A stretch of 64,000 nt of DNA from Eledone cirrhosa (GCA_964016885.1 OZ024743.1:127844001-127908000); one strand, 5' to 3'. Shown: positions 41,233-54,587, counted from the first letter of the stretch. Notes: generated by a model not told the origin, from the sequence alone. Program-made: numbers and translations.

Positions 41233-41262
<30 letters not shown>
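40241..41262 (+). mobile_element. Tx1/L1-clade LINE 3' end
   Basis: KSLAWQCYRGALPV..CPRCAHSDETVVHALVQC zinc finger; aataaa plus (ATT)n tail. Confidence 0.85.
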
Positions 41263-41264
<2 letters not shown>

Positions 41265-41265
<1 letters not shown>

Positions 41266-42960
41266 CACAGACATGGAACTGGTTAAAAAGAGGAGACCTT
41301 AAAAAGGCTACAGAAGGAATGCTAATGGCTGCGCAAGAGCAGGCCCTCAGAGCAAAGTGGGTGAAGCACCATATTTACAAGGAGGAGGCTAGCCCACTGT
41401 GTAGGGGAAAAGGAGAGCTTACCACCAACCACCTCCTCTTCATGGACGATCTTAAACTCTTTGGGAAGAGTGAGAAGGAGTTGGATGTACTTGTTGACGC
41501 TGTCCGTATTTTCAGTAATGATATATGTATGGAATTTGGTATTAATAAGTGTGGAGACCTAGTGATGAAGAGGGGTAAATTGAGCAGAAGCAACGGAATC
41601 TAGGTACCAACAGGTGAGATGATAAAGGAAATTGACACTGAAGAAGGATACAAATATTTAGGTGTTCTGGAGGCAGATGACATCAAGAACAAAAAAATGA
41701 AGGAATTGATAAGATCTGAGTACATTAGGAGAGTAAGGAGCGTATTAAAATCACATCTAAATAGTAGGAATGTCATAAGTGCAGTGAATTCCCGAGCTGT
41801 GTCTATTATTAGGTACAGTGCGGGAATTCTGAAATGGAATGTTGCTGAACAAAAAGAAATGGATAGGAAAACTAGGAAGCTATTGACTATCTACAACATG
41901 TTCCACAAGAGGAGTGATGTCGATAGACTCTACTTAAAGAGATCTGAAGGTGGAAGAGGCCTTATCAGCATAGAGGACTGTGTTCAGATGGAAAAGAAAA
42001 GCCTGCACAAATACGTGACTGACAGCAGGGAGCCAATGCTCAAAATTGTACAGAAGGAGAGGACAATAGACCAGGGGATATCCAAGGAGGAAATAACAAC
42101 AAGGAGGAAAAGCAATCTTCATGAAAAATCCCTTCATAGTACCTTCTTTAAAAAAACTAAATTTAGAAATCCACAGACTTGGAACTGGTTAAAAAGAGGA
42201 GACCTTAAAAAGGCTACAGAAGGAATACTAATGGCTCCGCAAGAGTAGGCCCTCAGATCGAAGTGGGTGAAACACCATATTTACAAGGAGGAAGCTATCC
42301 CACTGTGTATGATCTGTGGAGAGAGAGAGGAGACTGTGGCTCACATTCTATCCGAGTGTAAACACCTAGCCCAGACTCAATATAAAGGCTGGAGACCTGA
42401 TGTGATAGGCAGGGTGATCCACTGGCACCTATGCAAAGTAAACAATTTACCACATTCTGAGAAGTGGTATGAGCATAAGCCAGAGTCGGTGATAGAAAAC
42501 GATCAGGTGAAGGTGCTATGGGATTTTAGGATACAGACGGACAAGAAATTAGAACACAATAGGCCTGACCTGTTGGTTTTGGACAAGGAAAAAAGATCGT
42601 GTCTGATTGTAGATGTAGCTTGTCCATTTGACACGAGAGTGCAAGAAAAGGAGAGGGAGAAAATTAACCGATACCAGGACTTAAAGTGGGAGGTAAAAAG
42701 GATTTGGAACTGCCATGAAGTCAGGGTCGTCCCGATTGTCATAGGCGCACTTGGTACTATCTCAAAGAGTTTCCAAGGATGGTTAAAGAAGATTAGTCCA
42801 GTCCCGCTTTTTGGAACACTTCAAAAGGCATGCTTGCTGGGAACAGCAAGAACCCTCCGATACGTCCTGAATATCTGAGGCTGCAGGTTGCGGTTTGATA
42901 TTCATTTCAACAAACTTTCCAGTTAAATAACATCAATGACTGAGACTCAAAGAATAGTAA
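41265..42960 (+). mobile_element. R4/Dong-like RLE LINE, 5'-truncated
   Basis: NHLLFMDDLKLF, YKYLGV, GGRGL, CxxC..ETVAHILSEC, HNRPDL..VDVACPFD..KINRYQDL; (TAA)n tail. Confidence 0.92.
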
Positions 42961-42971
42961 TAATAATAATA

Positions 42972-43089
42972 ATAATTGTTTCTAGTTGTGGCACAAGGCC
43001 AGCAATTAACCAATGCATTACTGGTACTTTATTTTATCGACCCCGGAAGGATGAAAGGCAATGTTAACCTCGGCGGGATTAACTTTGCC

Positions 43090-43135
<46 letters not shown>

Positions 43136-43750
43136 GTTTCTAAACCAGCAATTTGGGGAGAAGAATTCAATAAAAATGGCTGCAGTACTTCAATGGTACT
43201 TTATTTTATTGACACCAGAAGGATGAAAGACAAGGTTAACCCAGTGAAACGTAATGATCTGGAACAAATACTGCTAGACATTTTTCCGACCCTCTAACAA
43301 CTCAATCGTCAGTCCTAAATATAGTAATAATTGTTTCTACTTTTGGCACAAGGCCACCCATTATCTCAGTGTATTACTGGTACTTTATTTTATCGACCCC
43401 GTAAGGATCAAAGGCAAAGTTAACCTCGGCGGGATTTGAACTCAGACTGTAAAGGCGCGTAACTCTATGCTACAAAGCATGGCGTCCGACCCTCTACCGA
43501 TACTGCCAATCCACCTGAATATAGTAATAATGTCTTCTGATTTTGGCACAGGGCCAGCAATCTGGAGGAGGAGAATTCAATTAAATTAACTCCAGTACTT
43601 TACTGGTATATTTTATTGAACCTGAAAGGCAAAGTTGATCACAGTGAGATTTGACTTAGCCTTTCATTTTTCTGGGATCGATTAAATAATTGACTTTCTC
43701 TCCCCTAAAATTACTGGCGTTGTGCTTAAATTAGAAACAATTATTATTTC
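42972..43750. mobile_element. Cluster of about 5 Nin-SINE copies of different ages
   Basis: Young copy 43326-43515 (minus) with TSD aatatagtaataat; older copies adjacent. Confidence 0.8.
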
Positions 43751-45064
43751 AAATACAACCTACACATGTGTCATACACGATGGTGGATATGCAATGTGAT
43801 GGGTGTGTCACATGATGAGTGTGTCACATACCCCGTTAACTATATGATTTAGTGACATTGTTCTGTCATCATGTCTTCCTAACCTGTGATTGCTGTCCCT
43901 TACAGAGAGAGACATTGATTCAACCAGTGCAGTATATTAATGATACTTATATTATTGATCTCCTTTAAAGAGGGTGGGATTGAACTCAGAAACAAGAAGA
44001 ACAAATCTAAATACCTATGCTCTACCATTTCTACTAACTAAACCACTTTTATTCATGTAAATATTTAACTTTTTTATTACCATATTCCCAATGAAATACA
44101 CCGTGTTTAGAATTTGGAAAGATTTAATCATTATATCATTACTAAGAGAGTAACTTAACAAAAATATTCATATATAAAATTATTTGGAAGATTTTAATTT
44201 AAATATGCTTTTTAAAATGGATGGTTTTGTTTCATAGCACTAGAGCTGGTTTTTGAGTAGTTAATTTGGAAGGGTCTCATTAATCATTTCATTAAGATGG
44301 TATTTGTAATATAACTTAATGAATAATTCATATATGCAATTATTTTGAACGATTTTTAATTGAATAGGAACCCTTTTAAAATGGTGGCTTTGTTTCATAG
44401 AACCAGAGTCGTTTTCTTTTTTTGGTAAATTGAATCCAAAAGGGTTAAAGCAATAAAAGCCACGCATTTGTAAGAGTGGGAGATAAAGATAGAGAGGTAG
44501 AGAAAGAGAAAGGGGGAAACAAATAGAAAGAGAGAGATAGGCAGTGGAAGGGAATGAAGGGATGTATATTTTTCCAGTTTATCAGCTGCTAGATGAATGT
44601 CCGTCATATTCCCTAAGTTTATCAGTTCAGCCTGCAGCTAACTTCATCTATTCTATGATGTTGTACTCTAGGATATAAACATAACCACCAATTAAGACAT
44701 CATTGAAGATTTTTTGTGAGAAGTTAGCAAGTCACTATTTATGTTAAGCCATCATGCTATGGCAATCTCCCAGAGATTTCTCCTTTTAACTTTAAGCACT
44801 TTAAATTCCCAATAGTTCTTTTATTCTTGCTACTTCCTCGTGTAAATGGTGAAATGGTAGTCATTACAACATTGAATTAAATTACTTGCAGCATTTGTTC
44901 TAAATTTATATGCTTTGAGTTCAAATCCTATCAAGACCAACTTTGTCATTTATCCTTTCATGGTTGTTGATAAAATAAAGTACCAAATCCAGGGTGGTGA
45001 ATTGTCAGAATTGTTAGAACATATCTGACATATCTATTTTGCCTATCTATATTCTCAGTTCAAG

Positions 45065-45475
45065 CAGCAGAGAAACCTCCTATAAGATGCAACATCATTG
45101 AAAGCAAGCTAAACTTACATAGGTGGGTGTTGTAACAACATAACATATATGTGTATGAGAGAACAGTGGCTCCTATCATTAAAACTCCCAAGAAACCACC
45201 TATGAGATGCAACTTCATTGGAGACCAGCTAAATCTGCACAGGTGTGAACTGTTACAGCAACAACAACATGAGAGAACTTCCAAGAAAGCTGATATATGA
45301 TACAGCCTCATAGAATGCTAGCTAAACCTACATAGGTGTGAGCTGTAACAATATGAACAATAACTTACATATGTAATGATAGGACTGATAAACCTATCAT
45401 TAGAACTTTCAAGAAAACTCCTATAAAATGAAACCTTATAGAAGGTCAGCTAATCCTACACAATTGTTAACTGTT

Positions 45476-45480
<5 letters not shown>
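45065..45480. repeat. Degenerate tandem repeat (~110-120 bp x3-4)
   Basis: aaacc.cctat.agatgcaac..agctaaa..cataggtg units. Confidence 0.65.
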
Positions 45481-45549
<69 letters not shown>

Positions 45550-46289
45550 GGCGATGAATTTGAATTTGTTTTGCAAGGTTTTTGATGCGAAATCCTGTGT
45601 TGAAACAAATATTGTTATATTTTGGGAGGGTCATATTGTTTAATAGAACACACTCACTGTTTGGTTTTGGTTGGTTTTCGCTTCCGTATATGTTATAACC
45701 CTATAGTTAATTTAGCTGGTAATCAATGTTTATCATTGATTGACCAACCGTTAAATATATATACATATATATGTAAAATATATGGAGAATAGGAATGGCT
45801 GTGTAGTTGTTATTTAAGGTAGCTTAAAATGGAGTGAGAATAAGAAGAAAGCAAGAACGGGGGGAAGTTTTCCTCATCAGTTGTCTACTGGGGGTCTCGG
45901 ATATTTGTACGCTTTAAAGACAAGGTATCTACCGCCCAGAGCATCAATAACTGGATAAGTTATTGGGAAAACGGAGGAGGGAGGGAAGGAAAAAGGAAAG
46001 AAAAGAGAAAACAGCGAAAAAACACAACAGACCGAGCAATATTCGAGCAACTTAAAGTAAGAAAATCCAAGACCACAGCGATGAGAGAACTAAAGTTCAA
46101 GACTGTGTGGGCGAGAGAAAAGACACACGTCTGACCCCAGCGAGTTGTAAGTGAGAAAAGGACTGCTAGAGAGTCAGGCGAGGGAAACAATAAGGTGGCA
46201 GCAGAGAGAGGATGAGTGAAAGTGAGAGGGAGAAAGGGAGAGGAAGAAAGTGGGGTAAGAGTTTATAGTAACGAAATAGGTAGGTAGAT

Positions 46290-46388
46290 GATGTCTATTC
46301 TATTTTTTTTTTATTGAATAGACATTACAAAATTTAGACTATATATATATATGTGTGTGTGTATATATATATATATATTTATGTGTGT

Positions 46389-46443
<55 letters not shown>

Positions 46444-46540
46444 GTCTGTTTTGTAATGTCTATTCAATAAAAAAAATAGAATAGACTTTACAATACAACG
46501 GGAGAACACATAATAGTACCTCTGATGATGATGTCACAGA
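46290..46540. mobile_element. PLE terminus with inverted repeat around (TA)n
   Basis: 46292-46342 is inverted at 46440-46486; homologous to 3456-3528. Confidence 0.6.
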
Positions 46541-46558
46541 TGTATATCTATCTATCTA

Positions 46559-46595
<37 letters not shown>

Positions 46596-46620
46596 TTTTT
46601 TTATTTTATTTTATAGAAGG

Positions 46621-46671
46621 AGCTTCTACAGGACTAGTACTGTTTCATTCAGATGAAATCTTCAGGAAGCT
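46621..46671 (-). ncRNA. Hammerhead-like motif (paralog at 49953-50004, minus)
   Basis: AGCTTC-CTGAAGA-TTTCA tc TGAAT-GAAA-CAGTACTAG-TC-ctgta-GAAGCT. Confidence 0.5.
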
Positions 46672-46779
46672 GGAAGCTCCTTCTATAGAAGCTCCTTCTA
46701 TAAAATAAAAAAAATTTACTCTGCCATGTATTGAGTACCTTACTTACTGTGGTTATCCCCGACTCAACCCGGGACCTAC

Positions 46780-46839
<60 letters not shown>

Positions 46840-47189
46840 TTCAGGATTGCAAGACAGTGCGTTAGAGAAAATTGTGTGTCTATGATGCCGAAAAGAAGTT
46901 GCATGGAGGAGCCATTAGCCATTATGAAAGATTACTGAATGAGGAGAATGAGAATGCATGGGAGAAAGAGACAGTGGACCCTACAGAGGGCTCAGCCGTA
47001 CAGGTCGGCAGCAGTGTTGTAAGGCATCACGTTCTTGTAACAAACAAACCTCACATCCTGTTTTTACAGACACACAGACCACCTCCACCGCACCCCACAG
47101 ATACACACACATGTACACACCCACACACATACGCATGATATATATTATATGTGTCTATCTATACATATGTGTTAATATACGTGCACACG

Positions 47190-47257
<68 letters not shown>

Positions 47258-47325
47258 AATAATTATCAATATTCAGAATCCATTTCCCTGAAATATATAT
47301 ATATATATATATGTGTACATGCGCG

Positions 47326-47370
<45 letters not shown>

Positions 47371-47764
47371 GCGTGTGTGTGTGAAAATAGGGCCATTTAT
47401 TACCTAAGCCCATAAACAAAGCACTCAGAAAAATGTGTATGCATGCTGACCTGCACTCACAATTCCTGTTAAACGAAGCCCCAATCCACATACCTATATT
47501 TTGTAACCTAACCAGGAACAACAGCACCTGCCACCAGAATGGGGAGACAGGCGTTATTAGGAAGCAGCTTTCATATTACGTAGTTTTTGGTTGATAAAAG
47601 TTTAATCATCATATTCATCACCATCATATATATATATATACACAGTGTATTGGTGTGTAACACTTAGTTGCAGATGGTTCACTAGTTTCAACACTCAATG
47701 CTAATATTTGGGTCCTTAAGAAGCAGAGTGTTAATAATAATAATAATCCTCAAATTCAAGTATC

Positions 47765-47857
47765 CACATGTCTGATGAGCTATCGATTCCAGAGTCGGGC
47801 GCGATCACTACCGATCTTACCTTGAGCTGATCGATAGTAATACGTGCGTCACATGTG
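47765..47857 (+). ncRNA. Hammerhead with long stem II; GAAA replaced by AATA
   Basis: CACATGT-CTGATGA-GCTATCGAT..ATCGATAGT-AATA-CGTGCG-TC-ACATGTG. Confidence 0.55.
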
Positions 47858-47903
47858 AATAAAAAAAATGATTTTATATTGATACTTTGTTCCTGCTCCT
47901 TAT

Positions 47904-48079
47904 ATCGGTAGAGGGTCGGACGCCATGCTTTGCAGCAAAGAGTTACGGCCCTTTATGATCTGAGTTCAAATCCCGCCAAGGTTAACTTTACCTTTCATCC
48001 TCACGGGTTCGATAAAATAAAGTACCAGTAATACACTGAAATAATTGCTGGCCTTGTGCCAAAAGTAGAAACAATTATC
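47904..48079 (+). mobile_element. Nin-SINE
   Basis: B box, core and tail. Confidence 0.85.
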
Positions 48080-48145
48080 ATGACTACTTCGATATATCAG
48101 TCATTGGTGTTATTTAACCGGAAAATTTGCCCTAATGAACATCAA

Positions 48146-48860
48146 GCCACTACCTTCAGCCTCAGTAGGCATGCCTTTTGGAATATTCCAAAGAAGGGGG
48201 CTGGGCTAATGTTCTTTAAACAGCCTTGGAAACTTCAAAATAGTACCTAGTGCTCCTATGGCGATGGAGACGACCTTGGTTTCATGACAGTCCCAAATAC
48301 ATTACAGTACCCACTTTAGTTCCTGGTACCGGATAATTTTCTCCTTTTTTTGCACTCTTGTGTCAATGGGGCAAGCTACATCTATAATCAAGCAAAATCT
48401 TTTCTTCCCATGTCAAAAACAACCAGGTCAGGCCTATTGTGTTCTATTTTTTTTGTCCGTTTGTATCTTGAAATCCCACAGCATCTTCACCCGATTGTTT
48501 TCTATCAACGACTCTGGCTTATGCTCATACCATTTCTCAGAATGAGGTAATTTATTTAGTTTGTATAAATGCCAGTGAATCACTTTTCCTATGAAATCAT
48601 GCCTCTATCCTTTATAGTAAGTCTGGGCTAGGTGTTTACACTCCGATACGATGTGAGCCATAATTAACTCTCTCTTTCTCTCCACAGATCCTAAAGAGTA
48701 TGCTAGTCCCCTCCTCGTCAATATGGTGTTTCATCCACTTCGTTCTAAGGGCTTGCTCCTGTGCAGCCAGAAGCATTCCCTCTGAAGCTTTCTTAAGGTC
48801 CATTTTCATTAACCAGTTCCATGTCTGCGGATCTCTGAACTTTGTTTTCTTCAAAATCTT
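48146..48860 (-). mobile_element. R4/Dong-like LINE fragment (family of 41265)
   Basis: QTWNWL..EGMLLAAQEQALRTKW; homologous to 42150-42880. Confidence 0.85.
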
Positions 48861-49372
48861 CACGCATCCTGGAATGCGTGTTTGTGGAGGGAACAGAAGC
48901 TGTCACAATCGGGTCGATGAGAACAGCCAGAGAGGACTGGTCCGGGTTTGACCTGGAGATACTTCTCCAGATCAGGCCTGAAGATTTGAGAAAAATCCCG
49001 GGTCACACCCATATCCAAAATGGGACGGTTCTGCGCGTAATGACCGAGGGGAAAGGCCGCACTGTTTCGTCTGCAAGGAAACAAAGCATTCGGGAGTCTT
49101 TTGCGCTCAACTGAAAAAATACAAGGGGGTGAAAGCCTCCACTGCTGTCGACCCCGGGGCGGGGACCTCCACCAATACCAACAAAAAAGCAGGCACAAAA
49201 AAAATCTCCACACATCGCACACCCACAACAGAAAACACCACAGACGCAACAAACACTTCCACAACAACACCAAAACCACTAGCACCAATGTCAATATGCT
49301 GCCGCCGATCGACAGCGTTAGAGACGATTGGTTGACTTATGTTTCGCACGGGACAAGCCGGACTAAAAGCTA
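48861..49372 (+). mobile_element. LINE ORF1 (gag-like) fragment with zinc knuckle
   Basis: IPGHTHIQNGTVLRV, then after a frameshift CFVCKETKHSGVFC (CX2CX4HX4C) at ~49063-49104. Confidence 0.65.
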
Positions 49373-49401
49373 ATACATACATACACACATACACACATAT
49401 A

Positions 49402-49454
<53 letters not shown>

Positions 49455-49458
<4 letters not shown>

Positions 49459-49675
49459 TATTAAAAAAATAATGAATAAACAAAGAAACAGTTCCTTATA
49501 TTAAACAAAAAAATTCATTATTTTACGATCGTTTCTAGGACATATACGTGTTAGAATTGGTATGCATACCAATTCTAACACATATATGTCCTAGAAACGA
49601 TCGTAAAATAATGAACTTTTTTTGTTTAATATAAGGAACTGTTTCTTTGTTTATTCATTATTTTTTTAATAATTT
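49455..49675. repeat. Fold-back palindrome (PLE terminus)
   Basis: ~110-bp arms centred on ggtatgcatacc; contains GAAA-CGATCG-TA. Confidence 0.85.
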
Positions 49676-49806
49676 ATCTTGACTCCGTTTTCCGTTTATC
49701 TTTCACCGAAAGTGATTTTTGAATGCATCTCTTCTTTTCATGATATCCGGATTACATTGAGTTCTTCATACGGATTGGACACTACCGTAAACTTTTGGTA
49801 GATTTA

Positions 49807-49857
<51 letters not shown>

Positions 49858-50300
49858 GTGTGTGTGAGTCCCGGTTTCAATTGGGGGTAACCGCAACACG
49901 TAAGGTACTCAATACATTAGTAGAGTGTAAACAACAAATTTAATATAGAAATGGCTTCCACATGACTAGAACCGTTTCATTCGAAGGAAATCACCAGAAA
50001 AGCCAACTGGCATTGTAACACGGTGGTATTTGTATGTTTTCTGGTGGGTTGGGGAGGTGGTGATTTTGAGGATGGGTAGAGGTCATTGGCCAAGGGATTT
50101 TAAAGAACATGGATTCTTTAGAAAAACTGTGTCATTAATACAATGACACAGATAAAAAGACCAGGTTCTCATTTCCACTTAAATATCTATTAATACTCAT
50201 AAATAGTAACGCCTACACTTTTAAGGTTCATTTATTCTAAGTAAACAAAGGGATTTCATTAAGTGGCTTTATTAAGTGTATATATATATATATATATATA

Positions 50301-50904
50301 TGGTGGCTGCCAACTCGTTTTCGAGTACGGCCACTACTTTATATCCATGTAGGAGAACCCCACCGATGTGCTGAACGAGTGTGACTTTTTAGTCCAGCCA
50401 ACGACTTGAAAACTCTGGTACAAACACTACACTTGTGACAATTATTGACACATAGTGCTGGGCCCATGGTACCATGTGATGACATGTGCAGAGAGATCTC
50501 CAGATATAAAGCAATGCCTGTGCCGTGAAGCTTTTATAGTGAGCAAAGGCACTGCACAAAGCCAGTCCCACTCTCTGAACCTAGATGATATTTACCAAAA
50601 AGAAGAACATGTCAACATCATTGGATACCATCAGAGTTGCAGGTGTTATATCAGAGTTTTCCTTCTCCTAGAATTCTGCCTTGACAAAGGCTAAGGGGTC
50701 ATCTCTCCCGGTGATTTTGGATGGCCATTGACTCTTAAGAGCTCCTTTGCCCTTTGACAGGTTTTGTCATCCTGCAGGATGTCCAAAGTCACCCTCCTCA
50801 CCAAGAAACATTGGTGGGGTTGCCAGTTTAGTCGCCAACGACCCGACCATGAGACAGGTTGTACTGGGATACATGTTACCAGTAGCACCAACTGGTGACC
50901 TGAC

Positions 50905-50905
<1 letters not shown>
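50301..50905 (-). mobile_element. Longest copy of the non-autonomous retroelement, with a structured 5' head
   Basis: Extends the 25224/26818 unit by ~250 bp including ggagaaggaaaactctga and several hairpins. Confidence 0.65.
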
Positions 50906-50967
<62 letters not shown>

Positions 50968-51062
50968 ATTATATATATACATATATATATGTTATACACA
51001 CACACATACATACATACATACATACATACATACATACATACATACATACATACATACATACA

Positions 51063-51096
<34 letters not shown>

Positions 51097-51113
51097 CATA
51101 CATACATACATAC

Positions 51114-52326
51114 GTAGGAGCCCGTTTCTCGAGCAAGTCTATCTGCATGAAACAGATAAGGTCATGAGAGTTGGGAAGGAACTCCTTGAGAGATATTCCC
51201 TGTGTGATAATCAAAAACTCACACCCAGGGATGTCGCTCAGCAGTATGGCAGTGAATCCATGGATGAAAAACTGTATGCCTATCAGCAAAAAATCATACA
51301 TGGATATGTTGCCAGGAAGCTCCAGAGTGAGAGTAATATAGATAAGGAAAGTAGTCTATCTTGGACCAACAACCGCTATATTGGCTCCCACTTTGAAGGA
51401 TACGCTTTTGCAATCCAGGAACAGCATATTAGCACGAAATACCTGATTCACAAAAGAGATAGGGATGCAGGCAAAACACCTAGATGTGATAACAAGTGCA
51501 GAATCTGCAGAACTAACATCGAGGATATCACCCATGTCATCAGCAGCTGTCCAAAGATGTCATCGTGGTACTATATACCTATGAGGCATGATGTAGTGGC
51601 CAAAACACTGTACAATGCAGTTCGTAAAAAAGATAGCCCCGATAATAAACACATTAGAAGCTACAGCAATGTGGAAGACATCCATGTACATAATATGAAA
51701 GAGTACTGGTGGAATGTTCCAGTAAAAACCCCAATAAAATGCAGGCATAACAGACCAGATATTATGATATGGGACAGGGAGAAGGAAACATGCACAGTAG
51801 TGGAAATTAGCTGCCCAGCAGATGCCAATATAATATCAACCATTAGTGAAAAGGAGAATATTTATGCAGAACTGATGAGAAATCTGCAGATACTCCACCC
51901 TGATTACACCTTCAGATTTTTGCCTGTGATGATTGGGGCACTGGGATATGTTAGTAACTGCCTCAATACAAATCCTGAGAAGCTAGACTTCACAGGAACA
52001 AAAAGAACACAACTAGTTAGAAAATTACAAGTACAATCCATTAATGGAACAGTAAAAATATGTAAAACATTCCAAAAATTTTGCATCTAATAACTGCATA
52101 TACACATGTACAGATACAAAGCATATACACATGTACACATACAACTCAAAACATACGCATCCACACATACAATAACATCCATATCTACACATGCATGCAT
52201 GCAGACATACATACATATCTACCTAGTTGATGTTGTGTAAATTCCAATGAGAGAGTTTTGTGTCTATGTTAGAAACCGACTCTCTCTCTATTGGTAAAAC
52301 TTTGTGAAATTATAAAACCAGAAGAA
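51114..52326 (+). mobile_element. R4-like RLE LINE 3' part within (CATA)n
   Basis: [44 protein letters not shown]; open frame to 52090. Confidence 0.9.
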
Positions 52327-52419
52327 CATACATACATACATACATACATACATACATACATACATACATACATACATACATACATACATACATACATACA
52401 TACATACATACATACATAG

Positions 52420-53500
52420 AAAAAGAAAGAGAATTATCTGGTTCGCACCACCCTTTTCCTTAAAGTAAAGACTAATGTAGGTAAGAAAATTTTAAATTTA
52501 ATAGATAGACATTTCCTACCACAACATACATACAGTAAAATATTCAATTGCAATTCCGTCAAGGTATCCTATTCATGTTGCCCTTCTATGAGATAAAAAA
52601 AAAATACTGCAAATAATATACCCAATGTAAATCTAAGCTGCTCTTGTAGAATTAAAGAGAACCGGCCTCTCCAACAGAAATGTAATATCAAATCGATTGT
52701 GTATGAGGCAGTGATTATACACAACACCACAGAAAATTCGGAAGTTACCGAAAGATATGTCGGTATGCTACAAGATCCCTTCAAACAACGTTTTACTCGC
52801 AAATCCACTCCTTCAGGTATCCTGAGATGAGTACCAGTACATCCCCGGCAAAAGGTCTGATAATTAAAGATGAAATGAGTCCTACATAAAATTACTTGGA
52901 ACATACATGACAGATCCAGTCCTTACACCAATGGTACCAAGAGTTCTCGTCTCCGTCTTATTGAAAAATTTAGAATATTACAAGGTTTGTCATTTCTGAA
53001 CAATAATTATTTGAACTCAAAGAGCGAAAATATTAGAGGATGCCTCCATCTCAGGGACCAACTGATTTCTAAGTGGAAATACTCAACAAATTCGATTGAT
53101 TTTCAACCGCCTTAATTTTATTTATAAACTTTTGTAATATCTTTTCTTTAGCTTTCCTTTTCCAAAGTTAAATAATACAGTACACCTTCTATACTATTCT
53201 ACTCCATACCTTAATAAATATTACCATCTCTATATTACATACCACCACATAATACCATATATGTGGTATTTCCCACGAATAATAACACTTGTACAATTTC
53301 GCTATTCCAAATTTACATCTTGGAGTTATTTCCTTTTGTTATAATACACGTTTCCTAAACTCGCGTTTTAGCACGCATTACTTTTAACGGCATCTTATAA
53401 ATTTGCATAATCACTGAAGATTAGATCACAGTTTAGATCCCTCCTACATTCTGGGGATATGGTCAATATTAGGCCCTAGGTTGCAGTTTTGTTCCGTGTA
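52420..53500 (+). mobile_element. Degraded Penelope-like GIY-YIG 3' fragment
   Basis: CRIKENRPL..CNIKSIVYEAV..RYVGM..FKQRF; ctgaaga at 53414. Confidence 0.75.
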
Positions 53501-53596
<96 letters not shown>

Positions 53597-53932
53597 TAAC
53601 ACACGAGTTGATATATATAAAAACAAATAGAAAAAAAGGAAAAAGATTTTTTTCAGTAGAAAATGTTGAAGAGATTTTTTCAGTGAAATATCAAAACATT
53701 AATTTATTTACCAAGCTATTAGCAGAAAAGTATGTACATAGAAATGAACTCTCTTCTCTGAATGGAGATGTGTGTGAAAATTAATTTTTCTTCCCCTTTT
53801 TATTATTATTATTATTATTATTATCACTATTTGTACAAATATGCAACTTAATATAAAAACTATTATCAAAACCATATTTACTATATGGTGCTCCTAAATC
53901 TTATATAAATTATTTACCTATAATATAAATTA

Positions 53933-54557
53933 CTAGCAATTGTACCCGGCGTTGCACGGGATAAGGTATTTTGGAACGCGGGCCGCCAACAGACCTAATC
54001 GTGGAAAAACTGCATGCCTGGACAATATGTAAAGAAAATAAACCGAATACTTTGATGTCTGGATAATCTTTAAGATTTTCCTCGATGAAGCAGGAAAAAT
54101 GCAGGTTTTCACCTAATGCGGTTCCTAGCGGATCAAGAAAATGAATTTTTTATGTGCATTAATATGCCTTGATACTTCGGGAAAATCGGCTAGACGTAAT
54201 GCATCAAAATAGCCCTAAAAAGCTGAAAAAATGAAGTTTTTCACCTAATGCGTGCCCTAGGCCATAAATAAGTTGAATTTTCTTTGCTCACGATATGAAG
54301 AAGAGACTGACTAATACATAGTTACAATTTCAAGGAAATCGGTCTGACGTAACGCCTCAAAAAAACCCTAAAAAGCTGGAAACAAAACGCAGTATTTCAC
54401 CTAATGCGGGCCCCAAGGGATCAAAAAGTTGACTTTTCTATGTGCATAACACTCCCTGAAACATAAGTAATACACATGGAAAAATATCGGTTGGGTACTT
54501 CTCGAGTTTTAGGGTTTCAAACTCACACACAGACATCCTCAGTTTTATATATATAGA
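53933..54557 (-). mobile_element. Non-autonomous Helitron
   Basis: A|TCTATATATATAAAAC..cccgtgcaacgccggg hairpin..CTAG|T. Confidence 0.88.
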
Positions 54558-54587
54558 TAATTAATAATTATGGTAAACATTAGATGA

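Noticed and set aside
50747-52090. 447-aa ORF as a single gene
   Set aside because: The first ~120 aa read through another element and microsatellite; only ~51114 onward is LINE coding sequence
52240-52292. Hammerhead-like ccaatga..gaaa in a LINE 3' UTR
   Set aside because: Core has multiple mismatches and no convincing stems I and II
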